Of a stretch of DNA of 64,000 nt, positions 47,261 to 56,231 are shown in pieces. The notes beneath the pieces were generated by a model. It was not told the DNA's origin, did no database searches, and saw only the letters and a program-made list of their open reading frames with translations. The stretch covers positions 3,390 through 67,389 of the forward strand of contig JAKLIQ010000010.1 in NCBI GenBank assembly GCA_022709525.1. Reading direction: 5' to 3'. The stretch comes from Candidatus Omnitrophota bacterium. Lineage in GTDB: Bacteria; Omnitrophota; Omnitrophia; Omnitrophales; Aquincolibacteriaceae. A program made the position numbers and the translations under genes. Every line of letters begins with the position of its first letter. Within the stretch, counting starts at the first letter, position 1.

Positions 47261-48283
47261 TTATGAAAGCCCCGCTTCTTCCGGAAATCCGAACCGGATA
47301 TTCATGTTCTGCACGGCTTGACCCGCCGCGCCTTTGACGAGATTATCGATCGCCGCGATGATGACGACCCGCCCCGTTCCCTCCTGGACGCTCACGCCGA
47401 TATCGCAAAAATTAGTGTATTGCACGTCTTTCAAGGATGGATACTGTCCCGCCGGCTTGATGCGAACGAAGGGCGCCTGCCGATAAGCGGCCTCGAGCGC
47501 TTTCCGGATCTTTGCCTCTGTTGCTTTGGGAACCGTATCGGCATAAATGGTCGCGAGAATGCCCCGGTTCACCGGCAATAAATGCGGCACAAACGTGATC
47601 TTGACGGGTTTTCCGGCCGCCGCCGAAAGCGTTTGCTCGATCTCGGGGGTGTGTTGGTGTTTATTTACCTTATAAGCGCTGTAGTTTTCGCTGGCTTCGC
47701 AAAATTGCGTGGCAGCGACAAGTTTTTTTCCTGCGCCGCTTACGCCGGAGGCCGCATTGATGATGATCGAATTCGGAGCGATCAGTTTCGCTTTTAAAAG
47801 CGGGATCAGCGCGAGCGACGGCCCTGTCGGATAGCATCCCGGGTTGGCGATCAAATCCGCTTTTTTGATCTTTTCTTTATAAACTTCGCAAAGACCGTAA
47901 ATCGCTTTGGAAAGATATTGCGGCGCAACGTGGTTGACGCCGTACCACTTTTCGTAGATCTTTTTATCCCGCAACCGGAAATCCGCCGAAAGATCGATCA
48001 CGACCTTGCCGGCCGCAAGGAACTGCTCGGCTGCGGTCATGGCTTCAGTATGGGGCAGACACAAAAAAACCAGGTCCGCCTTTTTCTTCACGGCGTCGAA
48101 GGAATAAGGGGTAATCTCGAGTTTGACCTTTTTGGAGACCGACGGAAGGATTTCCCGTAACGGGATGGACTTCTCCTGCCGCGTGGTCAATAGGGAGATC
48201 CGGACGTGGGGATGGGCCAGAAGCAACTTCGTGAGTTCGGCTCCGGTGTATCCCGTGGCGCCTAGAACCGCACAATTCAACAT
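47261..48283 (-). CDS. argC: N-acetyl-gamma-glutamyl-phosphate reductase
   Basis: 340 aa. The N-terminus MLNCAVLGATGYTG carries a Rossmann motif, and the catalytic Cys lies in GCYPT. Confidence 0.9.
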   Translation of the reverse strand: MLNCAVLGATGYTGAELTKLLLAHPHVRISLLTTRQEKSIPLREILPSVSKKVKLEITPYSFDAVKKKADLVFLCLPHTEAMTAAEQFLAAGKVVIDLSADFRLRDKKIYEKWYGVNHVAPQYLSKAIYGLCEVYKEKIKKADLIANPGCYPTGPSLALIPLLKAKLIAPNSIIINAASGVSGAGKKLVAATQFCEASENYSAYKVNKHQHTPEIEQTLSAAAGKPVKITFVPHLLPVNRGILATIYADTVPKATEAKIRKALEAAYRQAPFVRIKPAGQYPSLKDVQYTNFCDIGVSVQEGTGRVVIIAAIDNLVKGAAGQAVQNMNIRFGFPEEAGLS

Positions 48284-48313
48284 GGGTCTATCTGTTTCTC
48301 CTTTGCAGAAATT

Positions 48314-48355
48314 AAAGGGACAGTCCCTTTCGAAGCTTTAGAGGAACTGTCCCTC
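48314..48355. promoter_or_regulatory. Bipartite palindromic operator candidate (AAAGGGAC-A-GTCCCTTT and GAGGAAC-T-GTCCCTC, centres 26 bp apart) in the argC/rnc divergent region, 31-72 bp upstream of argC
   Basis: GGGAC at 48317-21 and GTCCC at 48323-27; GGAAC at 48343-47 and GTCCC at 48349-53. The motif and spacing are the same as at 21454-21498. Confidence 0.45.
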
Positions 48356-48526
48356 TTGGAGTTTGGGTATTATAGAAATAGCTCTATCCTTTGTCAATTT
48401 AAGAAGTTACGGAGATTCTGAGGATTGAAAACATTTTGCTTAAGATATATCCTATCTCCTATCATTAGAAGCACTTACGTAATTTTCTCTATTGACACAA
48501 GTCGGGAAAACTCTTAAGGTAGGCGC

Positions 48527-49258
48527 ATGTTAAACCAAAGATCCTCCCAAGGCCCGCACACCAAGACCTCTTTGCGTAAAATGCTCGGATTTCCCGTAAA
48601 ATCGCTTCCTTTTTATCGCGCCGCGCTGACACATCCGTCATTTCGCAATGAAAATCCGAGGATCACACGCGATCTTGAAGATTTCGACCGGTTGGAATTC
48701 TTGGGGGATTCCATTCTAAACGAAATCGTTTGCCAGAAACTTTTCGAAAAATTCCCCGAGGCCGACGAAGGCATGCTTTCAAAACTCCGCTCGATCCTGG
48801 TCTCACAGAGAATCTTAAGCCGCGTCGCGCTAAAACTTAAACTTCATCGGGCTCTCTTGATCGGCAAGGGATTACGGCGTCAATTCAAGGATTTTCTTAA
48901 AGCTAAATTGCTTACTGATTCGCTCGAGGCGCTTTTTGCCGCGATCTATTTCGACCGCGGGCGATCGAGGATCGAGGTTTTTATCTTGAAACATTTCAAA
49001 GATTATTTTGATCCCAAGCTGCTTTTCCGCCTCGATCCGAACCCTAAAAGCACGCTTCAGGAAATGACGCTTAAGAAATGGCAAAAACTCCCGGAATACA
49101 CTCATCTTTTTTCCCACAAGGGGGTCAAAACCACCGTTTCGGCCGGCGGCAGAAGGAAGGCCTCGGCCTTTCATAAGGTCAAACGGGAATCGGAAGTCTT
49201 GGCCGCGAGGGCCTTGATCAGGAAATTAAGAGAAGAGTTCGGAAAACGCCGCCGCTAG
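48527..49258 (+). CDS. rnc: Ribonuclease III
   Basis: 243 aa. The RNase III signature ERLEFLGDS is present, followed by a C-terminal dsRBD. Confidence 0.9.
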   Translation: MLNQRSSQGPHTKTSLRKMLGFPVKSLPFYRAALTHPSFRNENPRITRDLEDFDRLEFLGDSILNEIVCQKLFEKFPEADEGMLSKLRSILVSQRILSRVALKLKLHRALLIGKGLRRQFKDFLKAKLLTDSLEALFAAIYFDRGRSRIEVFILKHFKDYFDPKLLFRLDPNPKSTLQEMTLKKWQKLPEYTHLFSHKGVKTTVSAGGRRKASAFHKVKRESEVLAARALIRKLREEFGKRRR

Positions 49259-49271
49259 GAATCCCGCGCGA

Positions 49272-51755
49272 TCATTCCAACACAAGCTCGTAGAGGATTT
49301 CCTTGGTCTTTCCTTTGTAGATCTTTTCTGTCAGCTCCGCGGCTTGGGCGGGGTCGGGCTTGACCTCAGGAGCCAGCAAAGAACCGGAGATCAATGTGGC
49401 GATAGGGCCCAAATGGGCTTGAGGGGTTTTCTCAAACGCCTTAGACATCTCCGGCAGTAATTGAGCTGCCAAGGCGCTTGAGAGAAAAACGTCCGCGCGG
49501 AAATTCGCGATCCCGTCAAATCCGAGCGTTCCTTCGCCGTCGATGACGTAATCCCCGTGTTTGACAAGCAGGTTGTCCGTCGTGACTTTTCCTTCCGATA
49601 TTCTCCACTGGAAGTTCATCGAATCAAAATCTTTCATGGCCGGAACGAATGCCCCTAAATTCCGGAATGGCTCGATCGTTGAAAGCGCGTCCTTGAGATC
49701 AAAGGTCAGGAATTTCCCGCCTGTCAGCGTGAACTCCCCCTGGCCGGCAAGCGACCGGTTCCAATTTTCGGAACCCCATCCCATTCCCTGGATCGATCCT
49801 TGAAGATCCAGGGCCCCTTCAAGGATCCTTTGTGTTGCGTCGCGCCGTCCGAGGAAAAGCCCAAGGTCGAGACCGCGGAATCCACCTTCGATCCGGTAAT
49901 CCGGTTCTTTTTCTTTAAATCTCAGGGAACCTTGAAGATCGGCTTTCCCGCCGTAACTTTCGAATTGTAGAAGCGGGATATCCCAAACCTCGTTTTCGCA
50001 CCGGACTTCGGCCAGAACGTTCCGGAGTATCTCGTTCTCCGGAAGAAGGTTTCCAATAAAATCCCCGATATGATCAAAACTATCAGGACCAGCGCTTTCG
50101 GTTTTGCGCTGGAAAAGGGCAGCGATCTCTTTCCAGGTCTGCAGAATTTTTAATTCCCCCGAAGAGATCTTGGCTTCCACTTTCGGTTTTTGGGAAAGTT
50201 CGGAGATCTTCAGATCGGCGACCACAGGGGAACCGCCGATCTCAAATTGCATCTGGCGCCCTTCCACCATGAGCGGGCTGTAATCCAGGACAAAGGAGGC
50301 GTTGCGGATCCCCAAACCTTCCGGGGTGATCCAGGACGCCTTATCAAAAGTCGCGTTGAAGATACGTTCGGCTTTCTCTAATTTGCGAAGATCCCCTTTC
50401 CAGTTCGCCATCAGTTTGGCGTCGCCTTCCAGCTTATAGCGTTGAAGCGCGGGGATGAATTGCTCCCAGCCGGTCATGGAAAATTTATTCGTGATCAGGT
50501 TCAGCTGTCCCTCCCCGCTCTTAAGGTCCAGATCCTTCAAATTGCCTTTCATGCTCATTTCTTTGAATTTCACGGCAAAATCGCCGCCCAGAAGCGTTCC
50601 CTTTTGGAGCAAGAGGTCAAGGGTCAGATCGAGAGGAACATCTTTGGGTTTGGAAAAATATTGTCCATAAGACAGAAGGACTTGCGCCAGGTCCCACGCG
50701 AAATGAAGCGATAAATGATCGAGGGTCCCTTCCGTGGACAGGATCCATTTGCCCGGCCCGGAAAATCCGACATGGAACGGCAGCGCGCTTTCAAGGCCCG
50801 GCCAATACTTCAGGAGGTCTTCCAGCGCCATATTGGAACCCGCGACATAAACGTTCGTGATCTCGCCGGTGCCGGCCTTCAGACTTCCGTTGGCTTCGAT
50901 CGACCCGAACGGAAGCTTGACCGTCGCCTTATGGAGCTTTAATTCCGTCGTATCGTTATTCCAAGCCGCGGCCACGTTCCACTCCGCATCAAGAGGCGGG
51001 GGCGCCACCCAGGGTTTGTCTTGCGGGATCTCGTAACTCAGGCCTTTGCCGGCGCCGATCGCGGTCAGCTCCAGAAAAGCCTCTTGCGCTTTCTTTTTGA
51101 TCTCCACCGAAGTATCCACCTGGCCCGCTTTGAGGAAAGAAAGCTGCTGGGGATCCGCCCCGGTTTGCTTTGCCATGGTTTCCAACGCCAAGCCTTTCAG
51201 CTCGATCGCCATATAACCGCTCGTCTTTTCCCAGTTCCATTGTTCGATGGAATCCAACACCACATTTCCTTTCACGACAAGCGCTTCGGGTTTTCCGCCC
51301 ATATCGCTTGTAAAGCGGAACGGGATAGGGACTTTGGCGCCGACCGCGCCGATCTGGAGGGAAAAATTCTCAAAACGCAGCGGATTCAAGGGGCCGAGGC
51401 CCGGCAGGGAAAGTTCCGCTTTGCCGGATTGGGCGTAAAAAGCGGCCGGCTCAACGCGGCCGAAAAGAAGCGGGAGGATATTAAAATCGAGCTGAATTCT
51501 TTCCGCCTCGATCGAAAAAGGCCGGTCGGAAAAAACAAGCTGCGGACGCTCAAAAATGATCTTGGGTTGAGGGAAATAACCGACTTGCACGCTTTGATAC
51601 TTGAGAGCGCCGTCCGTAAAGGCCTGGATCTTTTGGGCTAAAAGTTCGTGCAGTTTCGGGGAAGGGAGGAGACGATGGGACTGGACCGAAAGGCCGGAAA
51701 CAAAAAGGATCAGGAGAAGAACGGCTACAAGCAGAAACGCCTGTCTTTTTTTCAT
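49272..51755 (-). CDS. AsmA-family outer-membrane biogenesis protein
   Basis: 827 aa. There is an N-terminal signal/anchor helix. The body is long and predicted beta-rich with repetitive G/L/D patterns, typical of the AsmA/TamB family. Assignment is by overall character only. Confidence 0.5.
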   Translation of the reverse strand: MKKRQAFLLVAVLLLILFVSGLSVQSHRLLPSPKLHELLAQKIQAFTDGALKYQSVQVGYFPQPKIIFERPQLVFSDRPFSIEAERIQLDFNILPLLFGRVEPAAFYAQSGKAELSLPGLGPLNPLRFENFSLQIGAVGAKVPIPFRFTSDMGGKPEALVVKGNVVLDSIEQWNWEKTSGYMAIELKGLALETMAKQTGADPQQLSFLKAGQVDTSVEIKKKAQEAFLELTAIGAGKGLSYEIPQDKPWVAPPPLDAEWNVAAAWNNDTTELKLHKATVKLPFGSIEANGSLKAGTGEITNVYVAGSNMALEDLLKYWPGLESALPFHVGFSGPGKWILSTEGTLDHLSLHFAWDLAQVLLSYGQYFSKPKDVPLDLTLDLLLQKGTLLGGDFAVKFKEMSMKGNLKDLDLKSGEGQLNLITNKFSMTGWEQFIPALQRYKLEGDAKLMANWKGDLRKLEKAERIFNATFDKASWITPEGLGIRNASFVLDYSPLMVEGRQMQFEIGGSPVVADLKISELSQKPKVEAKISSGELKILQTWKEIAALFQRKTESAGPDSFDHIGDFIGNLLPENEILRNVLAEVRCENEVWDIPLLQFESYGGKADLQGSLRFKEKEPDYRIEGGFRGLDLGLFLGRRDATQRILEGALDLQGSIQGMGWGSENWNRSLAGQGEFTLTGGKFLTFDLKDALSTIEPFRNLGAFVPAMKDFDSMNFQWRISEGKVTTDNLLVKHGDYVIDGEGTLGFDGIANFRADVFLSSALAAQLLPEMSKAFEKTPQAHLGPIATLISGSLLAPEVKPDPAQAAELTEKIYKGKTKEILYELVLE

Positions 51756-51985
51756 GGCTCCCGATCTCTTGCTTGGAACGCATCTCCCGAGAAAACCCGG
51801 ATCAAGCCCAGGAGAACACCCCCGTCCGGCTTGCGCCGGAGGAACTCAGGAGAAATACGGTCACTGGTTCGAATTTAAAGGTACGGCTCCGACCGGGCTG
51901 TAGTTGTAATCTTCCAGGAACCCCTGGCAACCGGCCAGAATGAAAATAAGCGCGAGGATCCACGCCCCGAGAATGAAAGAACGCA

Positions 51986-52387
51986 TTAACGTTTCGTGAA
52001 CTGGAAGCTTCGGCGAGCGCCTTTGCGGCCCGGTTTTTTTCTTTCTTTTTCGCGCGGGTCGCGGGTCATAAAACCGCCCTTGCGCATCGTCGCGCGCATT
52101 TCGGGATTAAGGCCCACGATCGCCCGGGCGACGCCGAGTTGGATCGCGCCGGCTTGTCCGGCGACGCCCCCGCCTTCAACGCGGGCCCGGACCCGGACCT
52201 GACCGAGAAGGTTCGCGGATTTGAGCGGCTGTTCCACAAGCATTTGGAGATTCGCGCGCTTCAGGTATTTCGAGGAATCCTGGCCGTTCACGGTAAACCC
52301 TTTTTGCCCCTGAAAAACCCAAACACGGGCAATGGCGGTTTTACGGCGCCCTGTGGCATAAGAAGACGTAGCGGAAGCGGTCATCAT
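51986..52387 (-). CDS. rpsI: 30S ribosomal protein S9
   Basis: 133 aa. The C-terminus reads ...PGRKGARRSFQFTKR, the characteristic S9 basic tail. Confidence 0.95.
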   Translation of the reverse strand: MMTASATSSYATGRRKTAIARVWVFQGQKGFTVNGQDSSKYLKRANLQMLVEQPLKSANLLGQVRVRARVEGGGVAGQAGAIQLGVARAIVGLNPEMRATMRKGGFMTRDPREKERKKPGRKGARRSFQFTKR

Positions 52388-52390
52388 GGA

Positions 52391-52819
52391 TTAAACCTCG
52401 ATCTTGGTGGGTTTTTGCGCTTTATTCCGGTATTCGCTGCCGGCATAAACGCGGAGTCTTTTAAGCATCACATCGCCGATCCGGTTCTTCGGAAGCATGC
52501 GGGAAACAGCACGCATGATGATCTCGGTCGGCTTTTTGGCCATAAGTTGCTCATAAGTGCTTGTCTTTAAACCGCTTGAGTAGCCGGTGTAGTGGGTATA
52601 GATCTTATTCTCTTGTTTTTTGCCGGTCACATGGACCTTCGCGGCGTTGATCACGACGACCTGGTCTCCGGTGATTTTGTCGGGCATAAAACAGGTTTTA
52701 CCCTTCCCCATCAGGAGGGACGCCACTTTTGTGGCCATGCGGCCGAGGGTCTTCCCGTCGGCATCGATCAGATACGTCTTGCGAGCCATGTCTTTTTCAG
52801 TAGGAATAAAAGTCTTCAT
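52391..52819 (-). CDS. rplM: 50S ribosomal protein L13
   Basis: 142 aa. The N-terminus is MKTFIPTEKD...KTYLIDADGKTLGR, and the L13 signature is present. Confidence 0.95.
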   Translation of the reverse strand: MKTFIPTEKDMARKTYLIDADGKTLGRMATKVASLLMGKGKTCFMPDKITGDQVVVINAAKVHVTGKKQENKIYTHYTGYSSGLKTSTYEQLMAKKPTEIIMRAVSRMLPKNRIGDVMLKRLRVYAGSEYRNKAQKPTKIEV

Positions 52820-52989
52820 CTATTTTCTTTTCTGTTGGTTGAAACCGGAAAGTCGGAAAGGCGAGAAACCTTCGTGCGACTCGAAATACCCTAAAAAGCG
52901 CGGGGAGTATAACAAAAACCTCTTGGAGTGTCAAACTTTTAACCTTATTTTTCCTTGGAAGTTTTTTGGATTTTTGTCCTTATGAATAC

Positions 52990-53020
52990 ACAAAAAAACC
53001 GCGAACCCTGAAGAGTTCGC
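52990..53020 (-). terminator. Rho-independent terminator in the truA-rplM intergenic region
   Basis: On the minus strand: GCGAACTCTTCAGGGTTCGC (6-bp stem) followed by GGTTTTTTTG. A second, weaker hairpin plus T-run lies at about 53095-53120. Confidence 0.55.
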
Positions 53021-53173
53021 AGTTTTGGCTCGCCGTCCCTTGTGGAGCTTCCTTAAGAGACTATTTTTTATAAAACCATCTTTTTAAAAATCGAAAAAGC
53101 CAAATCTGGCTCAAGCCTAACACATCTATTTGATTTTGCAAGGGCTCCCCGGCATTATTTTGACCCTCACAGT

Positions 53174-53944
53174 TCAATACGTAACTCTAATCAGCGTAAG
53201 GGCTTCGGATGGAGCGGTCATGCCAGCCAGGCGGCGGTCTTTGGCCTTAAGGATAGAGACAATCTCCCTTGCCGCGCGCTTACCCCTCCCCACTTCCAGA
53301 AGCGTCCCGATCATGTTGCGGATCATATGGTAGAGGAACCCGTCGGCTTCGACTTGGATCAGGACAAGGTGCCCCTGCTTCTTGATCTGAAACCGCTTGA
53401 CCGTCCGGACATAAAAAGAGCCGGGACTCGCTCCTCGGGACTCGGGACTCGTCCGAATCGCAGAGGGTGAGGTAAAAGAACGAAAATCATGCTTACCAAC
53501 CAACGCCTTGGCGGCTTGCCGCATCTTGGCAATATTCAAAAAATTCGGGACATGGAACGCGCGGCCCGCGACGAGGGGCGATCGGCAGGGGTGGTTCCAG
53601 ATGCGGTATTCGTAAACCTTGGAGCGGACGCCATAGCGGGCGTGAAAATCAAGCGGGACTTCGTCGATCTTTTTGATGACGATCGAGCGCGGCAGGAGCG
53701 CGTTCAGTCCTTTTTGGATCTGCGCCAGCTTCTGATCACTTGAGGTCTTGAAATTAACAACCTGGCCTTCGGCGTGAACGCCGGTATCCGTGCGCCCGCT
53801 CGCGGAGGCGATCTTCATCCGGCGGTTAAAGAATTTCGAAAGGGCTTTTTCGAGAGCTTCCTGAATGGTAGGTTTGCCGGGCTGACGCTGGAACCCGAAG
53901 AACGCTGAACCGTGATACTCAAGAACAAGCTTGATGTTCCGCAC
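53174..53944 (-). CDS. truA: tRNA pseudouridine(38-40) synthase TruA, carrying an in-frame ~12-aa repeat-derived insertion
   Basis: 256 aa. The catalytic Asp lies in GRTDTGVHA. The YHMIRNMIG block is conserved. The segment TSPESRGASPGS is encoded by the GGGACTCG repeats at 53421-53452. Confidence 0.9.
   Translation of the reverse strand: MRNIKLVLEYHGSAFFGFQRQPGKPTIQEALEKALSKFFNRRMKIASASGRTDTGVHAEGQVVNFKTSSDQKLAQIQKGLNALLPRSIVIKKIDEVPLDFHARYGVRSKVYEYRIWNHPCRSPLVAGRAFHVPNFLNIAKMRQAAKALVGKHDFRSFTSPSAIRTSPESRGASPGSFYVRTVKRFQIKKQGHLVLIQVEADGFLYHMIRNMIGTLLEVGRGKRAAREIVSILKAKDRRLAGMTAPSEALTLIRVTY
53421..53452. repeat. GGGACTCG short tandem repeats (CGGGACTCGCTCCTCGGGACTCGGGACTCG) lying in-frame inside truA
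   Basis: Seen directly in the sequence. It belongs to the same family as the repeats at 23881-23946 and 19261-19330. Confidence 0.5.
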
Positions 53945-53947
53945 TTT

Positions 53948-54952
53948 TTATCGAAACGCGATCTCGGCGATCTGGACGGCATTCAGGGCCGCGCCTTTGC
54001 GGATCTGATCGCCTGAGACAAACATGGAAAGGCCGTTCGTCACGGTCGGATCCTCGCGCAAACGGCCCACAAGGATATCATCCTGCCCTGTCGCTTCAAG
54101 CGGCATGGGGAAATAATTTTTCTCACGGTCGTCAATTACTTTGATGCCCGGCGCTTTGGAGAGAAGCGCGCGGACTTCTTCAACGGAGATCTTTTTTTCG
54201 GTCTCGATGAAAAGCGCCTCGGAATGCGCGCGCAGGACCGGCACGCGTACGCAAGTCGCGGTCACTTGGATCTCCGGAGCATGAAAGATCTTCTTGGTTT
54301 CTTTCACCATCTTGGTCTCTTCTTCGCAGAAACCATCCGGCCCGATCTTGGAATTATGTGAGAAAACATTGAACGCGATCTGATGCGGCAGGACCTGCTT
54401 TTTCACCGGCTTCCCGGCAAGAAAATCCTGCGCCTGGACCTTGAGTTCTTCCATGGCCTTGGCGCCGGCGCCGCTTGCCGCCTGATAGGTCGCAGCAACA
54501 ATGCGTTTGATCTTCGCAACTTTATGGATCGGAAAAAGCGGCACGAGCATAATAATGGTCGAACAATTAGGGTTGGCGATCACGCCCTTGTTCTTCGCGA
54601 TGTCCTCGGGATTGATCTCCGGCACCACAAGCGGCACCTCGGGGTCCATCCGGAAAGCGCTTGTGTTATCCACCATGAGCGCGCCGGCTTTTTTAACATG
54701 AGCGACAAGTTCGCGGCTTACGGCGCCGCCCGCGCTTGAGAGCACGAGATCGAGCCCTTTGAAAGAATCGGGCTTCGCTTCCTCGACCTTATAGGTCTTC
54801 CCCATGAAGGAGATCGACTTACCCGCCGAACGGCCCGAGGCAAGAAGTCTCAGTTCCTCGATCGGGAATTTGCGCTCTTTTAGAAGCTCGAGGAATTCCT
54901 GACCGACCGCGCCTGTAACACCCAACACCGCTACTTTTAATTTTTTTGACAT
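53948..54952 (-). CDS. asd: Aspartate-semialdehyde dehydrogenase
   Basis: 334 aa. The N-terminus VAVLGVTGAVGQ is a Rossmann motif, and the active-site Cys lies in IANPNCSTI. Confidence 0.9.
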   Translation of the reverse strand: MSKKLKVAVLGVTGAVGQEFLELLKERKFPIEELRLLASGRSAGKSISFMGKTYKVEEAKPDSFKGLDLVLSSAGGAVSRELVAHVKKAGALMVDNTSAFRMDPEVPLVVPEINPEDIAKNKGVIANPNCSTIIMLVPLFPIHKVAKIKRIVAATYQAASGAGAKAMEELKVQAQDFLAGKPVKKQVLPHQIAFNVFSHNSKIGPDGFCEEETKMVKETKKIFHAPEIQVTATCVRVPVLRAHSEALFIETEKKISVEEVRALLSKAPGIKVIDDREKNYFPMPLEATGQDDILVGRLREDPTVTNGLSMFVSGDQIRKGAALNAVQIAEIAFR

Positions 54953-54965
54953 AAGAATACCTTTC

Positions 54966-56045
54966 TTAATTTCTTGCTTTCGGATCCAGCCCCTTAACGA
55001 CCAGATCGCCTACTTCGCGTGTCCCGTAGCCCATTTTTCCAGCCGCAAGGCTTTTGAGTTTCTTCGCCGTCACCCACTTGACGGACTCTTCGATTTCCGC
55101 AGCGGCCTTATCCTCGCCGAGCGTCTCAAGCATCATTTGCCCCGCGCAAATAGCCGCGAGCGGGTTGATGACATTTTTCCCGGTGTATTTGGGCGCCGAA
55201 CCGCCGATCGGCTCGAACATGGAAACGCCTTGCGGATTGATATTGCCGCCGGCCGCGATCCCCATACCGCCTTGGATCATCGCCGCGAGGTCGGTGATAA
55301 TATCGCCGAACATGTTGTCGGTCACGATCACATCGAACCATTCCGGGTTTTTCACCATCCACATACAGGTGGCGTCGACGTGCGCATAATCGCGCTTGAT
55401 ATCCGGATAATCCTTAGCGCCGATCTCATGGAAGGCACGCTCCCAAAGATCAAAAGCGTAGGTCAGCACGTTCGTTTTTCCGCAGAGGGTAAGTGTCTTT
55501 TTCTTGGAATTACGCTTGCGCGTGAATTCAAAAGCGTAACGAAGGCAACGTTCGACCCCGCGGCGCGTGTTGCGGCTGATCTGGACCGCGACCTCATCCG
55601 GCGTCCCTTTATTGATGAACTCGCCTTCGCCGACATAAAGGCCTTCGTTATTTTCGCGGACCACGACAAAATCGATGTCTTCCGGTTTTTTATCCTTGAG
55701 CGGGCAATCGACGCCCGGAAAAAGCTTCACGGGACGGAGATTGATGTATTGCTCGAGCGAAAAACGGAGCTTCAAAAGAAGCCCTTTTTCGAGGATCCCC
55801 GGCTTGACGTCGGGATGGCCGATCGCGCCCAGGTAGATCGTGTTGAATTTCCTGAGTTCATTCAGGACCGAATCCGGAAGGACTTCGCCCGTTTTTTTGT
55901 AGCGCTCCCCGCCAAGATCATAATGTTGAAGTTCGGTTTTGAACCCATGCCGTTTGGAAACGGCTTCGAGGACCTTGAGCCCTTCGTTGATAACCTCAGG
56001 CCCTGTGCCGTCGCCCGGCAATACCGCGATCTTATAAGATTTCAT
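54966..56045 (-). CDS. Isopropylmalate/tartrate/homoisocitrate dehydrogenase family protein
   Basis: 359 aa. The IDH/IMDH family signature NMFGDIITDLAAMIQGGMGIAAGGNI is present. The exact substrate cannot be decided from the sequence. Confidence 0.65.
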   Translation of the reverse strand: MKSYKIAVLPGDGTGPEVINEGLKVLEAVSKRHGFKTELQHYDLGGERYKKTGEVLPDSVLNELRKFNTIYLGAIGHPDVKPGILEKGLLLKLRFSLEQYINLRPVKLFPGVDCPLKDKKPEDIDFVVVRENNEGLYVGEGEFINKGTPDEVAVQISRNTRRGVERCLRYAFEFTRKRNSKKKTLTLCGKTNVLTYAFDLWERAFHEIGAKDYPDIKRDYAHVDATCMWMVKNPEWFDVIVTDNMFGDIITDLAAMIQGGMGIAAGGNINPQGVSMFEPIGGSAPKYTGKNVINPLAAICAGQMMLETLGEDKAAAEIEESVKWVTAKKLKSLAAGKMGYGTREVGDLVVKGLDPKARN

Positions 56046-56136
56046 GACGCCTTTTTCTCCTTTGTTAAACTTTAAGTTTGATCCGTGCAGAACTCCGTCC
56101 GAAAAGATGACTTTCTCAGGGGGGTCCGGGAGGGGG

Positions 56137-56175
56137 ATTCTATACTGTTCTCTATGAAATTTAAAGAACTAACCC
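56137..56175 (-). promoter_or_regulatory. Degenerate third copy of the GTACTGTTCTC...AACC element, about 90-130 bp upstream of the leuB-like gene
   Basis: TACTGTTCTC matches 10 of 10 positions with both copies of inverted repeat A. The distal half (AAATTTAAAGAACTAACCC) is diverged. Confidence 0.25.
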
Positions 56176-56231
56176 TATCGCCCCGATTTCATCTGCGATG
56201 GGATGGACTGGCGCTGGGGCCAATGCCCGGC

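Noticed and set aside
51850-51900. GGTTCGAAT string resembling a tRNA T-loop in the rpsI-asmA intergenic region
   Set aside because: There is no flanking 5-bp T-stem, no acceptor stem and no anticodon arm on either strand, so it is not a tRNA. The region is better explained by the small lipopeptide-like ORF.
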